Positions 1 to 8,859 are shown, numbered from the stretch's first letter. The stretch: 23,272 bases of DNA from Candidatus Hodarchaeum mangrovi (GCA_016839515.1 JAEOUE010000145.1:1-23272); one strand, 5' to 3'. Made by a program: numbers and translations. The notes: generated from the letters alone by a model not told the origin.

Positions 1-206
1 GGAATACACCTTACTTCCTATATCATATTAATTAATTGATTTATAAAAAGCATTCCACCATTCTTTTCAACATCGAAATTATGTTATTTAATAATGGATT
101 GATTTTAGTAAAAAATCCTTCTATAAAATTTAAATCTGGATTAGAAAAAAACCTTTCTAAATAAAATAAATAACTATCCTTGCCTAGAACAGAAAGAGTT
201 GTAATT

Positions 207-2081
207 ATGGTAACTCAAGAATTAAACTATAACTATTCAGAAATTGGATTAAAGGTAGGTCTTGAAGTACATGCCCAGTTAATCTCTAATCGAAAACTTT
301 TCTGCCATTGTAAACCACAACTACTTCCAGCTCATCTTGAACCAGATTATTTATTTGAACGTAGATTTAGACCAGTTCTAGGGGAAATGGGGGACTTTGA
401 TTCAGGGATGCTCGTTGAGTTTGAAAAATCCTATAGGGTCATTTATGAAACATTTAATGACTATAATATCTGTACTTATGAAATGGACGAAACTCCTCCT
501 TTTATGCCATGTATGAAAACCATTCAAAATGGATTTAAGATCAGCAGTTTTTTCAATTGTGCTTCTCCCGTAGACGAGATTATTTTTAATCGAAAACAAT
601 ATTTAGATGGATCAATACCTACAGGATTTCAACGTACGGCTATTATTGCCCGTGATGGATTTATTAATCTAAAAGATAAAAATGTGCGAATTAATAACGT
701 TTTAATAGAGGAAGACGCTGCAAGACGTGTTAGATTCTATGATAGATCAGATAGAAACGTTTATTTTAATTTAGATCGCTTAGGAATACCTTTGACTGAA
801 ATAATTACCAATCATGAAGATTGCACTACTCCTGAGGAATTATTACAACTTGGAATGCTTATTGGATTATCACTTCGAATACTTGGAGTTGGGAAACGAG
901 GTATAGGAACTATTAGACAGGATGTAAACATTTCTGTCAGTGGGGGTTCAAGAGTTGAACTAAAAGGGATTCAAGATTTTAGACAAATCAAAAAATATGT
1001 TGACCGGGAAATTTTTCGTCAACTCGCCCTCCTTGATATAAAAAATGATCTGTTGGAACGAGGTATTAATAAGAATGATTTTCAACCTAATTTTATTGAT
1101 GTTTCATCTGCAACTAGGGATCTTACAAAAGCAATGGTTGCTTTCGCTGTTCGCTTACCAAAATGTAAAGGGATATTTATAAGACAGGTTCAACCAGAAA
1201 AAACATTCAGCGAAGAATTATTTGACAGATGTGAATTAATAGCTGGAATTCCAATGAGAAACATGACTCATTCAGATGATCCAGCATCTTGGCTTGATCT
1301 ACTCCGAATAAATGAGGTGCTAAATTTACATGAAAAAGATGCGTTTGTTATTATTAAAGGTGATCAGAAATCAGTCCTTCATGCACTAAATCGCCTTCGT
1401 GAAAGAATGATTCAGGCTCTGGAATGTATACCACAAGAAACAAGACGAGTTAATTCCATAACTGGTAATAATGAGTTTCTGAGAGTAATTCATGGAAAAG
1501 ATCGAATGTATAGTGATACAGATACACCTCCCATCTCAATATCTGATGAAATGAAGTTCCATTCAGTTGATTTAATCAAACCATGGGAGCTTTTTGCTAA
1601 TTTTCCAATAGATGTATTTGACCTGGATTTTCTTTTTGATAATGAATTTTATTCTGACTTCACGACACTTGTAAAGGAGTACCCAGAAAATACACGCGCA
1701 ATCCTTGGACATTTTCAAAAAATTTCTTGTATAATACATCAACAAAATCTAGGGAGACAAGTTCTTAGCAAACACGGTTACACTAACCTAATTCGGGATT
1801 TAATTACTAATAAAATTTCTAAAGACTCATTAAAAGATATCTTAGTTAAAATAGATAGTGGATATTCATATGATGAAATTAAAGAAAAGTACGAGTTTAT
1901 TATCCAAGAAATTTCTCTAGATCAATATAGAAAGTTAAAAGTCATTCTAGATGAGACACTAAACTCATTAAACCAAAATAATCGAAAAAAGATGTTTTAT
2001 GTTATAAAAACTCACTTTCCAATGTTAAAAAGTGAGCAAATTGCTAAAGCAATCGAAAAAATGATTGGAGGGATTAATTAA
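207..2081 (+). CDS. gatE: Glu-tRNA(Gln) amidotransferase subunit E
   Basis: GatB/GatE motifs YSEIGLKVGLEVHAQL, KLFCHC, DETPP, DGS..GFQRT, EEDAAR, LDRLGIPLTEI, RGIGTIRQDVNISV, RVELKG, IPQETR, RMY.DTD.PP; adjacent to gatD. Track start is TTG 180; ATG 207 preferred because conserved sequence begins just after it. Confidence 0.96.
   Translation: MVTQELNYNYSEIGLKVGLEVHAQLISNRKLFCHCKPQLLPAHLEPDYLFERRFRPVLGEMGDFDSGMLVEFEKSYRVIYETFNDYNICTYEMDETPPFMPCMKTIQNGFKISSFFNCASPVDEIIFNRKQYLDGSIPTGFQRTAIIARDGFINLKDKNVRINNVLIEEDAARRVRFYDRSDRNVYFNLDRLGIPLTEIITNHEDCTTPEELLQLGMLIGLSLRILGVGKRGIGTIRQDVNISVSGGSRVELKGIQDFRQIKKYVDREIFRQLALLDIKNDLLERGINKNDFQPNFIDVSSATRDLTKAMVAFAVRLPKCKGIFIRQVQPEKTFSEELFDRCELIAGIPMRNMTHSDDPASWLDLLRINEVLNLHEKDAFVIIKGDQKSVLHALNRLRERMIQALECIPQETRRVNSITGNNEFLRVIHGKDRMYSDTDTPPISISDEMKFHSVDLIKPWELFANFPIDVFDLDFLFDNEFYSDFTTLVKEYPENTRAILGHFQKISCIIHQQNLGRQVLSKHGYTNLIRDLITNKISKDSLKDILVKIDSGYSYDEIKEKYEFIIQEISLDQYRKLKVILDETLNSLNQNNRKKMFYVIKTHFPMLKSEQIAKAIEKMIGGIN
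2067..2071 (+). promoter_or_regulatory. Shine-Dalgarno-like GGAGG upstream of gatD; stop/start overlap TAATG at 2079-2083 suggests translational coupling
   Basis: GGAGG lies 9 nt before ATG 2081; the gatE TAA (2079-2081) shares one base with the gatD ATG. Confidence 0.55.
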
Positions 2082-3484
2082 TGAAGAAAGAAAAGGATTA
2101 TTTACCTGGTTATTCTGGTGAAGTCCGGAAGGTACTAGAAGATAATAACCTTATAGTTTGGTCTGAAATTATTCTTACAAAGCCAAATGGAGCCCGATTT
2201 CATGGAATACTCCTTCCAAGAGCTGCTTTTACAGCAAAAGACTTTATTACTATTAGAGTTTTAGATACAGGCTATAATATTGGTATAGAAATAACAAAAG
2301 ATATCAAATTTCAAAAAGTTGGAGAAGTTCAAGGAAATTATAGGCTTCCATCAATAAAGGTCAAACGGAATTCACAAATTCCAAATGTTACATTATTAGG
2401 AACGGGTGGAACCGTAGCAAGCAGATTAGATTATCGCACAGGTGCAGTTTTACCTGCATTTACTCCTGAAGAACTATTCGCAGCTGTACCAGAAATCCAA
2501 TCAAGAGTAAACTTAACTCCAAGGACTCTTTTTGAGATACTTTCCGAAAACTTTAAACCTGAATGGTGGGTTAAGACAGCTCAGGAAGTAGCAAAAGAGA
2601 TAGAAAGGGGAGTTGATGGTGTTATTATAGGCCATGGCACTGACACGATGGCTTATACTGGTTCAGCTCTTTCTTATTTCTTACAAAACCTACCGATTCC
2701 CGTTGTCATACTTGGATCTCAAAGAAGTTCAGATCGGCCATCATCTGATGCTGCTATCAATTTATTAAATGCCTCTACTGTTGCAGGGTATGCTGATTGT
2801 GGAGAGGTTCTTGTATGTATGTTAGGTTCTACTTCACATAAGTATGATTATTTACATCAGCCAACACGAGTAAGAAAAATGCATAGCAGTCGTAGAGACA
2901 CTTTTCGTAGTATTGGAGTCCCCCCTTTAGGAAAAATTGATTGGTTAACACAAGAAATTACATACTTTCGACCAGTTAAACCTAGAAATTTACCTGAAAA
3001 ATTTCTATTGGATGTAAAAATTGACCCTCGTGTTGCAATGTTATATTTCTATCCTGGAATGAATCCTGACATTTTACATTCAGTCATTGACAAAAAATAC
3101 CATGGAGTTGTTATAATCGGTACAGGACTCGGTCATGTCAGTACAGAATTATATAACGCACTTGATCGAGCAAAGGAAGAGCAAATTCCAATTGTGATGG
3201 TAGTACAACCTTTATGGGGATATTGTCATCTTAGAGTATATGAAACTGGTAGAGAAATGTTAGCAAGAGGAGTTATTGAAGGTAGTAACATGATTCCAGA
3301 AGCTGCATATCCTAAATTAATTTGGGCTTTGGGTCATACAGGTTTTCCACCTAATTTAAGTGAAATAAAACAAATAATGCAAACAAACATTGCAGGGGAA
3401 ATTATAGATCGAGAAACAAGATTTGGTTTTAGTATATTCCAAGGTATTGAGCCAGGTATTAAATCAGTATTCGAAAAAATCTAG
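2081..3484 (+). CDS. gatD: Glu-tRNA(Gln) amidotransferase subunit D (asparaginase-like glutaminase)
   Basis: GatD N-domain (GILLP...GYNIGI), asparaginase motifs TGGTVAS and HGTDTM, GatD signatures SRLDYRTGAV, GSQRSSDRPSSDA, RKMHSSRRD, GTGLGHV, VYETGR. Confidence 0.97.
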   Translation: MKKEKDYLPGYSGEVRKVLEDNNLIVWSEIILTKPNGARFHGILLPRAAFTAKDFITIRVLDTGYNIGIEITKDIKFQKVGEVQGNYRLPSIKVKRNSQIPNVTLLGTGGTVASRLDYRTGAVLPAFTPEELFAAVPEIQSRVNLTPRTLFEILSENFKPEWWVKTAQEVAKEIERGVDGVIIGHGTDTMAYTGSALSYFLQNLPIPVVILGSQRSSDRPSSDAAINLLNASTVAGYADCGEVLVCMLGSTSHKYDYLHQPTRVRKMHSSRRDTFRSIGVPPLGKIDWLTQEITYFRPVKPRNLPEKFLLDVKIDPRVAMLYFYPGMNPDILHSVIDKKYHGVVIIGTGLGHVSTELYNALDRAKEEQIPIVMVVQPLWGYCHLRVYETGREMLARGVIEGSNMIPEAAYPKLIWALGHTGFPPNLSEIKQIMQTNIAGEIIDRETRFGFSIFQGIEPGIKSVFEKI

Positions 3485-3554
3485 GGCACGAGTTTAGGAA
3501 ATTACTGCACTTATAATAAGCCATAAAAACAAATAATAGGAATCTTATTTAAAA

Positions 3555-3992
3555 ATGACAAAAAATCCCCTATTTCACAAATTGAAAGAATTTCTAAAGC
3601 AAAAAAAATATCTTAGAGAATTTCTATCAAGTACTTTTTTTATATTCCTTAGTATAATATGTTTTTATCTTCAAATACTGTATGAAACCATCTCAGCATA
3701 TTTTGTGGCTGCAATGTTATTTTTAATTCTAGGTCTTTCAGGGTTTGTTTCAATTTTCTACCAATTGTATAAAAATAAATTAGGAATTTTTTTTCAAAAT
3801 ATTTTTCAAAGAAAAACCCATCAATCTGAAGAGAATGTAGGAACAATTAAAAGGGAGGGAATGGCTAATATATCACATAGATCTGAGCCAAAGATATCTA
3901 CAACAATAAAATGTCCAGCATGTTATTCAGAATATCCAAAGGACACAATTCACAAGCGTTGTATTCACTGTGGAACGGAGCTATCATCTTAA
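3555..3992 (+). CDS. Membrane protein with two TM segments and C-terminal zinc ribbon
   Basis: Two hydrophobic stretches (FLSSTFFIFLSIICFYL; AYFVAAMLFLILGLSGFVSIFY) and terminal CPAC-x12-CIHCG. Confidence 0.75.
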   Translation: MTKNPLFHKLKEFLKQKKYLREFLSSTFFIFLSIICFYLQILYETISAYFVAAMLFLILGLSGFVSIFYQLYKNKLGIFFQNIFQRKTHQSEENVGTIKREGMANISHRSEPKISTTIKCPACYSEYPKDTIHKRCIHCGTELSS

Positions 3993-4232
3993 TTGTTTAA
4001 TTTTCTTCATTATTTGAATTAGAATTTATTTTTCTCTTTATGGATTTAAAACCGACAAAAAATATGAAATTTTAAAATATTCTTCATGTAATTGTAAGGA
4101 ATTTGATGAAAGATTTAATACGTATTATTTAGGTAATATCTAAGAATTAACTGGTAATATTTTTAAAGGATTAGTCCATAATAAATATTCACCAAATTAA
4201 ATGACTCGATACAAAGGTTGGGTTCAAGAAAG

Positions 4233-4625
4233 ATGGATTATGAGTTATCAGAGCTTGTTCAAGATTTTTTAAATTTTAGAAATTTTGATTTTCAATCTAA
4301 TGTCACAGTTATTGGTAAAAATGATCGTGAGTTAAGTTTTTCTTATTTAGTAGATGGTTCACGCGATAATAGAACAGATTTCTCTGGAAAAATTGGTGTT
4401 GTTGTTAAAGATTGGTCTAGGTCTTGTGGTTATAACGTTATTATAGAAGCAGAACGATTGCAAGAAAATGCTCCTAATCTCTCCAAGATTATGGTTGTAG
4501 CAAATCAATTTTCTGGTACCGCAAGAGAATTAGCTGATAAATTAGGTATTTTGACTCTGACTAAGGGAGAATTGATTTCAATACGTGAGATTTATAAGAA
4601 CGAAACATCAGCTTTTGATCCTTAA
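4233..4625 (+). CDS. Stand-alone restriction endonuclease-like (Mrr_cat / PD-(D/E)XK fold) protein with degenerate active site
   Basis: Mrr-like pattern: ELSELVQDFL..RNF, NVTVIGK, GVVVKDW..SCGYNVI, IMVVANQFSGTARELADKLGILTL. Track start TTG 4218; ATG 4233 preferred. Confidence 0.65.
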   Translation: MDYELSELVQDFLNFRNFDFQSNVTVIGKNDRELSFSYLVDGSRDNRTDFSGKIGVVVKDWSRSCGYNVIIEAERLQENAPNLSKIMVVANQFSGTARELADKLGILTLTKGELISIREIYKNETSAFDP

Positions 4626-4869
4626 ATCTGTAAAAATAGGGTCTAATCTTCTATTATTTAATGAACAATAAGATTAACCTACCAAAAAAGCATTTTAATT
4701 GCTATAATTTTAAATATTCGAAGAATAAAAAGGATAAAAAGTAATTAATGAACAGTAAATAAATCTTAGCTCAGGAAAATTTTAATAAAGATTAATCATA
4801 GCACTTTTTATAGTTTAAAAGATTAATTATGTTGGCAATTTCTTGACAATTCTAAAAGGATGACATTAG

Positions 4870-5352
4870 ATGGTCGTAATCAATCGCAATTCGGATATAG
4901 TCAGATTTATTGTAAATTTCGTAATAGCAGAGATCTTATTCTTTATAGGAACAGCATTTCTTGGCGTTTCGAAGATGCTTTTTAATATAAATATGATAGA
5001 AGTGTTAGAAGGAAGCTTCCTCGGAGATGCAACTCAAGGACTATGGACAGCTGCTTTTTCAACAAATCAAATAACGTGGTTATTTAATAATTTATTCTTA
5101 TGGTGGGTCAATGTTCTATTAGCCATTTTTAATTCATTATTACTAGGACTCGGATTAATAGCACTTATGATCTTAGTACCATTAGGTATTCCTATATTTG
5201 AAGGTCCAAATGCACCTCAAAATGCAATTGCTATCGAATCAATGCCTGTAGGATTTCTTTTTTTGTTCTTCTGGGTTATTTTCCCATTTTTGTTTATTCT
5301 TCGTACTACATGGTATGATTGGATAAAACATAGATTCAAATCCAATACATAG
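4870..5352 (+). CDS. Hypothetical integral membrane protein (about 3-4 TM)
   Basis: 160-aa ORF, strongly hydrophobic segments, ATG preceded by AGGA; no recognisable motif. Confidence 0.7.
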   Translation: MVVINRNSDIVRFIVNFVIAEILFFIGTAFLGVSKMLFNINMIEVLEGSFLGDATQGLWTAAFSTNQITWLFNNLFLWWVNVLLAIFNSLLLGLGLIALMILVPLGIPIFEGPNAPQNAIAIESMPVGFLFLFFWVIFPFLFILRTTWYDWIKHRFKSNT

Positions 5353-5363
5353 GGAATCTCCCT

Positions 5364-6146
5364 TTATAATTTCCCCTTTATCACAGTACTTCGTGAACCA
5401 TTTGGACTAATAACTAGAAAAGGAAGATTGAACCTTTCTTTGACAGCTAAGACCGTTTCTATTTCAGCTAATGCTTCCTCAGGACTGTTATTTTCTTCTG
5501 AAATATGACCAAGTATTGCTATTTGTGGTTTAACCTCGTAAATGAATTCTCCAGCAGCCCAATTTGATAAATGGCCTTTCCGACCAAGAATTCTCACTTT
5601 TAGGAATTCTGGATAAGAACTCTGTAAAAGATGGTCAAAAGAGTGGTTTGATTCAATAAATAAAATCTTAACACCACGAAATCCATCAATCAGGTAGGTA
5701 TTGAGAAAACCACAGTCAGTAATATAACCAATCAATGGAATTTGATGATAATCAATACGAAACACTAATGGGTCAACAGAATCATGCGAACTCTCATAGG
5801 GGATAATTTCTAAGTTGGAGGAACTTAAGCTAAAAGATTTTCCAATTTCTATCAGCTCTATATCAATATTTTTTAATTTATTTTTCAATTTACCAAAAGT
5901 TTCGTCAGATAAATAACATTTAATTCGATTGTTTTTAGCTAAAGCCTTTATGCCTTTGATATGATCATTATGTTCGTGAGTGATAATAATACCTGCTAAA
6001 TCACTCATTTTTTCCCCGATTTCTCTTATCCGTTTTGATATTACTCGTGCACTAATTCCAGCGTCTATTAAAAAAGAAGTAGTATTAATTTTAATGAATG
6101 TTGAATTACCTTTGCTCGTTGATCCTAGAACACAAACTTTGAACAA
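5364..6146 (-). CDS. Metallo-beta-lactamase fold hydrolase, YycJ/WalJ (VicX)-like
   Basis: LGSTSKGNS, LIDAG, THEHNDH (HxHxDH), SHDS, ITDCG, IESNH, GHLSN, GHISEENN; TTG start. Confidence 0.88.
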   Translation of the reverse strand: MFKVCVLGSTSKGNSTFIKINTTSFLIDAGISARVISKRIREIGEKMSDLAGIIITHEHNDHIKGIKALAKNNRIKCYLSDETFGKLKNKLKNIDIELIEIGKSFSLSSSNLEIIPYESSHDSVDPLVFRIDYHQIPLIGYITDCGFLNTYLIDGFRGVKILFIESNHSFDHLLQSSYPEFLKVRILGRKGHLSNWAAGEFIYEVKPQIAILGHISEENNSPEEALAEIETVLAVKERFNLPFLVISPNGSRSTVIKGKL

Positions 6147-6161
6147 AAAAATCTACCTTGC

Positions 6162-7169
6162 CTAGTAAAGTTCTAAAAATTCAAACGCATTCCCAAAAAG
6201 TATTAAATCTTTCTCTAATTCTGTTAATAGAGCTGAATTTTCGATAATTTTAATGCTATGTAACATAGAAGACCTATATACTACAGGTGAATCAGAACCA
6301 AATATAATTTTCTCAAAAGAACATGTTTTTCGTATCAATTTGACTATTTGCTTATTCTCAAGATGATAAGGAACAGCTGATGTGTCAAGATAAAGATTAG
6401 GTAAGGAAGCTGCTAAATTAACTGCTTCATTCAACCAAGTATCATCATAGGAATCACATCCATAACATCCAAGATGAGCAAGTATAAATTTATTATTTTT
6501 AAAACGATTGAGAATATTCCGCCAGATTTTAGGGTGTGAATCTTGAACACAGTGGAGTGTATGAATTTCCCATGGACCAGGATCTTTTCCAGGGTGAATA
6601 AGAACAGGAATGTTTTCTTTTTTAGCAAAAGAGAAGATTCTTTTAATATTCGCATTTACTTGTCTCTGATGTCTATTTTTTATTATCTCTAAGGTGGAAC
6701 CTGGTTTAAAAAACTGTAAAGTTGGTAAAAGTTTTATTCCCTTTAATTCCAATGATTTAATCTCGTCAAGCCGATTTTTTACGGTCTCCTCATTCTTTCT
6801 TGGATTAACTGAACCAAATCCAATAAAAAATTCAGGGAAATCCGCCACCAATTTTGCTATTAATGAATTAGGAGTAGTACCAATGTCTAACATTTGATAC
6901 ATAACATTAATAAGCTTTTCAGGGTCAATAAAAAGAGAATATGCCCATAAATCTTGTATTATTTGATTTTTAAGTTCAATATCGTCATTTAAAACATTCT
7001 TATCAAGATCAAGAGCTAATAAGACTGCTTTTTTGACACCCGCCTCCTTCATTTCTTTAATGATAGATTCTCCTGTAGCTAACGACCTTATTGGATGTAC
7101 ATGAGCATCTACTATAGTACCATTCCGATTCATTTGAAAAGAAGGTAAAAGCGAAATAGTTTTATTCAT
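6162..7169 (-). CDS. Amidohydrolase family protein (Amidohydro_2-like TIM barrel)
   Basis: VDAHVH, GFGSVNP, KGIKL, PVLIHPG, ILAHLG, NLYLDTSA, IIFGSDSP, GNA. Alternative start ATG 7133. Confidence 0.88.
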   Translation of the reverse strand: MNKTISLLPSFQMNRNGTIVDAHVHPIRSLATGESIIKEMKEAGVKKAVLLALDLDKNVLNDDIELKNQIIQDLWAYSLFIDPEKLINVMYQMLDIGTTPNSLIAKLVADFPEFFIGFGSVNPRKNEETVKNRLDEIKSLELKGIKLLPTLQFFKPGSTLEIIKNRHQRQVNANIKRIFSFAKKENIPVLIHPGKDPGPWEIHTLHCVQDSHPKIWRNILNRFKNNKFILAHLGCYGCDSYDDTWLNEAVNLAASLPNLYLDTSAVPYHLENKQIVKLIRKTCSFEKIIFGSDSPVVYRSSMLHSIKIIENSALLTELEKDLILFGNAFEFLELY

Positions 7170-7209
7170 TATCTTTTGACTTTTGTGTATCTTTTAAAAG
7201 GGTAAAATA

Positions 7210-7848
7210 ATGCCTTCTCAACCAACAAGCTCAAATCAAGATGAGAGAAAATCAGTAAAGTTGCGTCGTCTTTTTTTACGAGAAGATACAGCTAAAACTA
7301 TAAGTACCGAATTACAAAAAGAAAAGTATAAGTTTATAGTCATGAAAATGACTTTTGATCAAGGTTTAGAGGCAATCGAAAATATTAAAAAAATTATTAG
7401 AGATGATGAGTATCATTCCATAATAGAAATTAGAAATCTAAAATTAGACACTGACTCTGAGGAATTTATACGTCTTTATAATCGTTCATTTATTACTGCA
7501 CCTGATCCCTATAGATCTTTAACTTATGAAGATGTTACTCTTTTTAATGAAGAATCAACATTTGTAGCAAAATTGTATGGAAGACTCGTAGGATTCATCT
7601 TTCTTACAATTGAACCATTAATAAAATTTGATAAAGAAATAGGACATCAAGGAGTCATAGCAGGAATTGGAGTAGATCCCCGATATAGAAGACGAAAGAT
7701 AGCATTTTCATTAGCAGTCCGTGCTGCAGAGTATTTTATACAAAATTCTGTTGATGAGCTAATCTGTGAGGTTTTTGAAGAAAATGAAGTATCGATAAAT
7801 TTTATTCGTAGCTTTGGTTTTCAGCCAACAGGTGAATTTTATCTCTAA
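7210..7848 (+). CDS. GNAT family N-acetyltransferase
   Basis: GRLVGFIFL, acetyl-CoA motif A IGVDPRYRRRKIA, motif B EVFEENEVSINFIRSFGF. Confidence 0.88.
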   Translation: MPSQPTSSNQDERKSVKLRRLFLREDTAKTISTELQKEKYKFIVMKMTFDQGLEAIENIKKIIRDDEYHSIIEIRNLKLDTDSEEFIRLYNRSFITAPDPYRSLTYEDVTLFNEESTFVAKLYGRLVGFIFLTIEPLIKFDKEIGHQGVIAGIGVDPRYRRRKIAFSLAVRAAEYFIQNSVDELICEVFEENEVSINFIRSFGFQPTGEFYL

Positions 7849-7932
7849 TTGACACTTAAAAGCATAAAGAATTTACAAAATCGGTTAAAATATTAAAAAT
7901 TTATGAAGAATTATTTTGGAGATTTACTAGTA

Positions 7933-8355
7933 ATGTCAACTAATTTATCCTCTATTATTTTGGTTGTTGATGATGAAAAAGATACACTAGATTTACTAAC
8001 GTTATTATTAACAGGTGAAAATTATCAGGTCTTGACAGCAAGCGATGTAAAGGAAGCAACTTCTATTCTTATAAATCGATATAATAATCAGGAATTACTA
8101 CCAGATTTAATTCTCCTAGATATTAAAATGCCTGGAATAAATGGATATGATTTTTGTGAATTTATCAAAGAAAGAGTAAGCTTTTCAAAAATTCCAGTTG
8201 TGTTTATTTCAGCACTTACTTTTAAAAAAGATATTGAGCGGGGTTTAAAATGTGGAGCTCTTGACTTCGTAAAAAAGCCTTGGTCAAGTAATGAAGAACT
8301 AATCAATCGAATAAAAAGAATTCTTTCATTTCAACCAGTATCCTCACATATTTGA
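7933..8355 (+). CDS. Single-domain response regulator (CheY-like receiver)
   Basis: ILVVDDE, PDLILLDIKMPGINGYD (phosphoacceptor Asp), IPVVFISA, GALDFVKKP; no output domain. Track start 7903; ATG 7933 preferred. Confidence 0.93.
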   Translation: MSTNLSSIILVVDDEKDTLDLLTLLLTGENYQVLTASDVKEATSILINRYNNQELLPDLILLDIKMPGINGYDFCEFIKERVSFSKIPVVFISALTFKKDIERGLKCGALDFVKKPWSSNEELINRIKRILSFQPVSSHI

Positions 8356-8855
8356 TTAAGAATATTCGTCATTAAAATTTTCCTATTTTCATTCGTAATA
8401 GTATATATTATGATATTCGGAAATTGGAGAATTTGGTCAATAAAGGGATTAAAAAACTGACCCATAGTACACAAGACACGTGAGTTCTGAAAACACCACA
8501 AAACATTTGATCTGAATTTTGATGACATTATTTCCATTTTCCCGATTTCGTCGATAACTACCAGATCCGCCTTCATACTTAACTTTGAAGAAAATTTATC
8601 TAGTTCGTCCAAATTAAGATAATATCGACCAAATTTAGTTTTTTTAATGCCAGTAAAAAACTCATCTGTCCGAGCAAGTGTACCTCTTTTCCCATCAATG
8701 CTTATTAGGTCAAATCCAATTCGCTTCCCTTTTTTCCTCACTTCTTTACTATAAAAACCAATTATTCTCCATTGGGGATGATTAGTCCTAAGAAATTCCA
8801 ATAATTCTATAATTAGAGTAGTCTTTCCAGTACCTGGTTTTCCAGTTAAAATCAA
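8331..8855 (-). CDS. Nucleoside-triphosphatase, NTPase_1/THEP1 family
   Basis: Walker A GKPGTGKT, GFYSKEVR..GKRIGF, KFGRY, Walker B VVIDEIGKME, NENR; 3' end overlaps the receiver gene by 25 bp; start codon (TTG) uncertain. Confidence 0.92.
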   Translation of the reverse strand: MILTGKPGTGKTTLIIELLEFLRTNHPQWRIIGFYSKEVRKKGKRIGFDLISIDGKRGTLARTDEFFTGIKKTKFGRYYLNLDELDKFSSKLSMKADLVVIDEIGKMEIMSSKFRSNVLWCFQNSRVLCTMGQFFNPFIDQILQFPNIIIYTITNENRKILMTNILNQICEDTG

Positions 8856-8859
8856 GTGG

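Noticed and set aside
1-206. TATA-like boxes upstream of gatE and an AGGTG motif on the minus strand near position 7-11 hinting at a divergent gene beyond the edge
   Set aside because: Too many equivalent AT-rich candidates to assign a promoter; the putative gene is outside the window.
2081-3484. Free L-asparaginase
   Set aside because: The GatD N-terminal domain, the SQRSSDRPSSD motif and coupling to gatE identify GatD.
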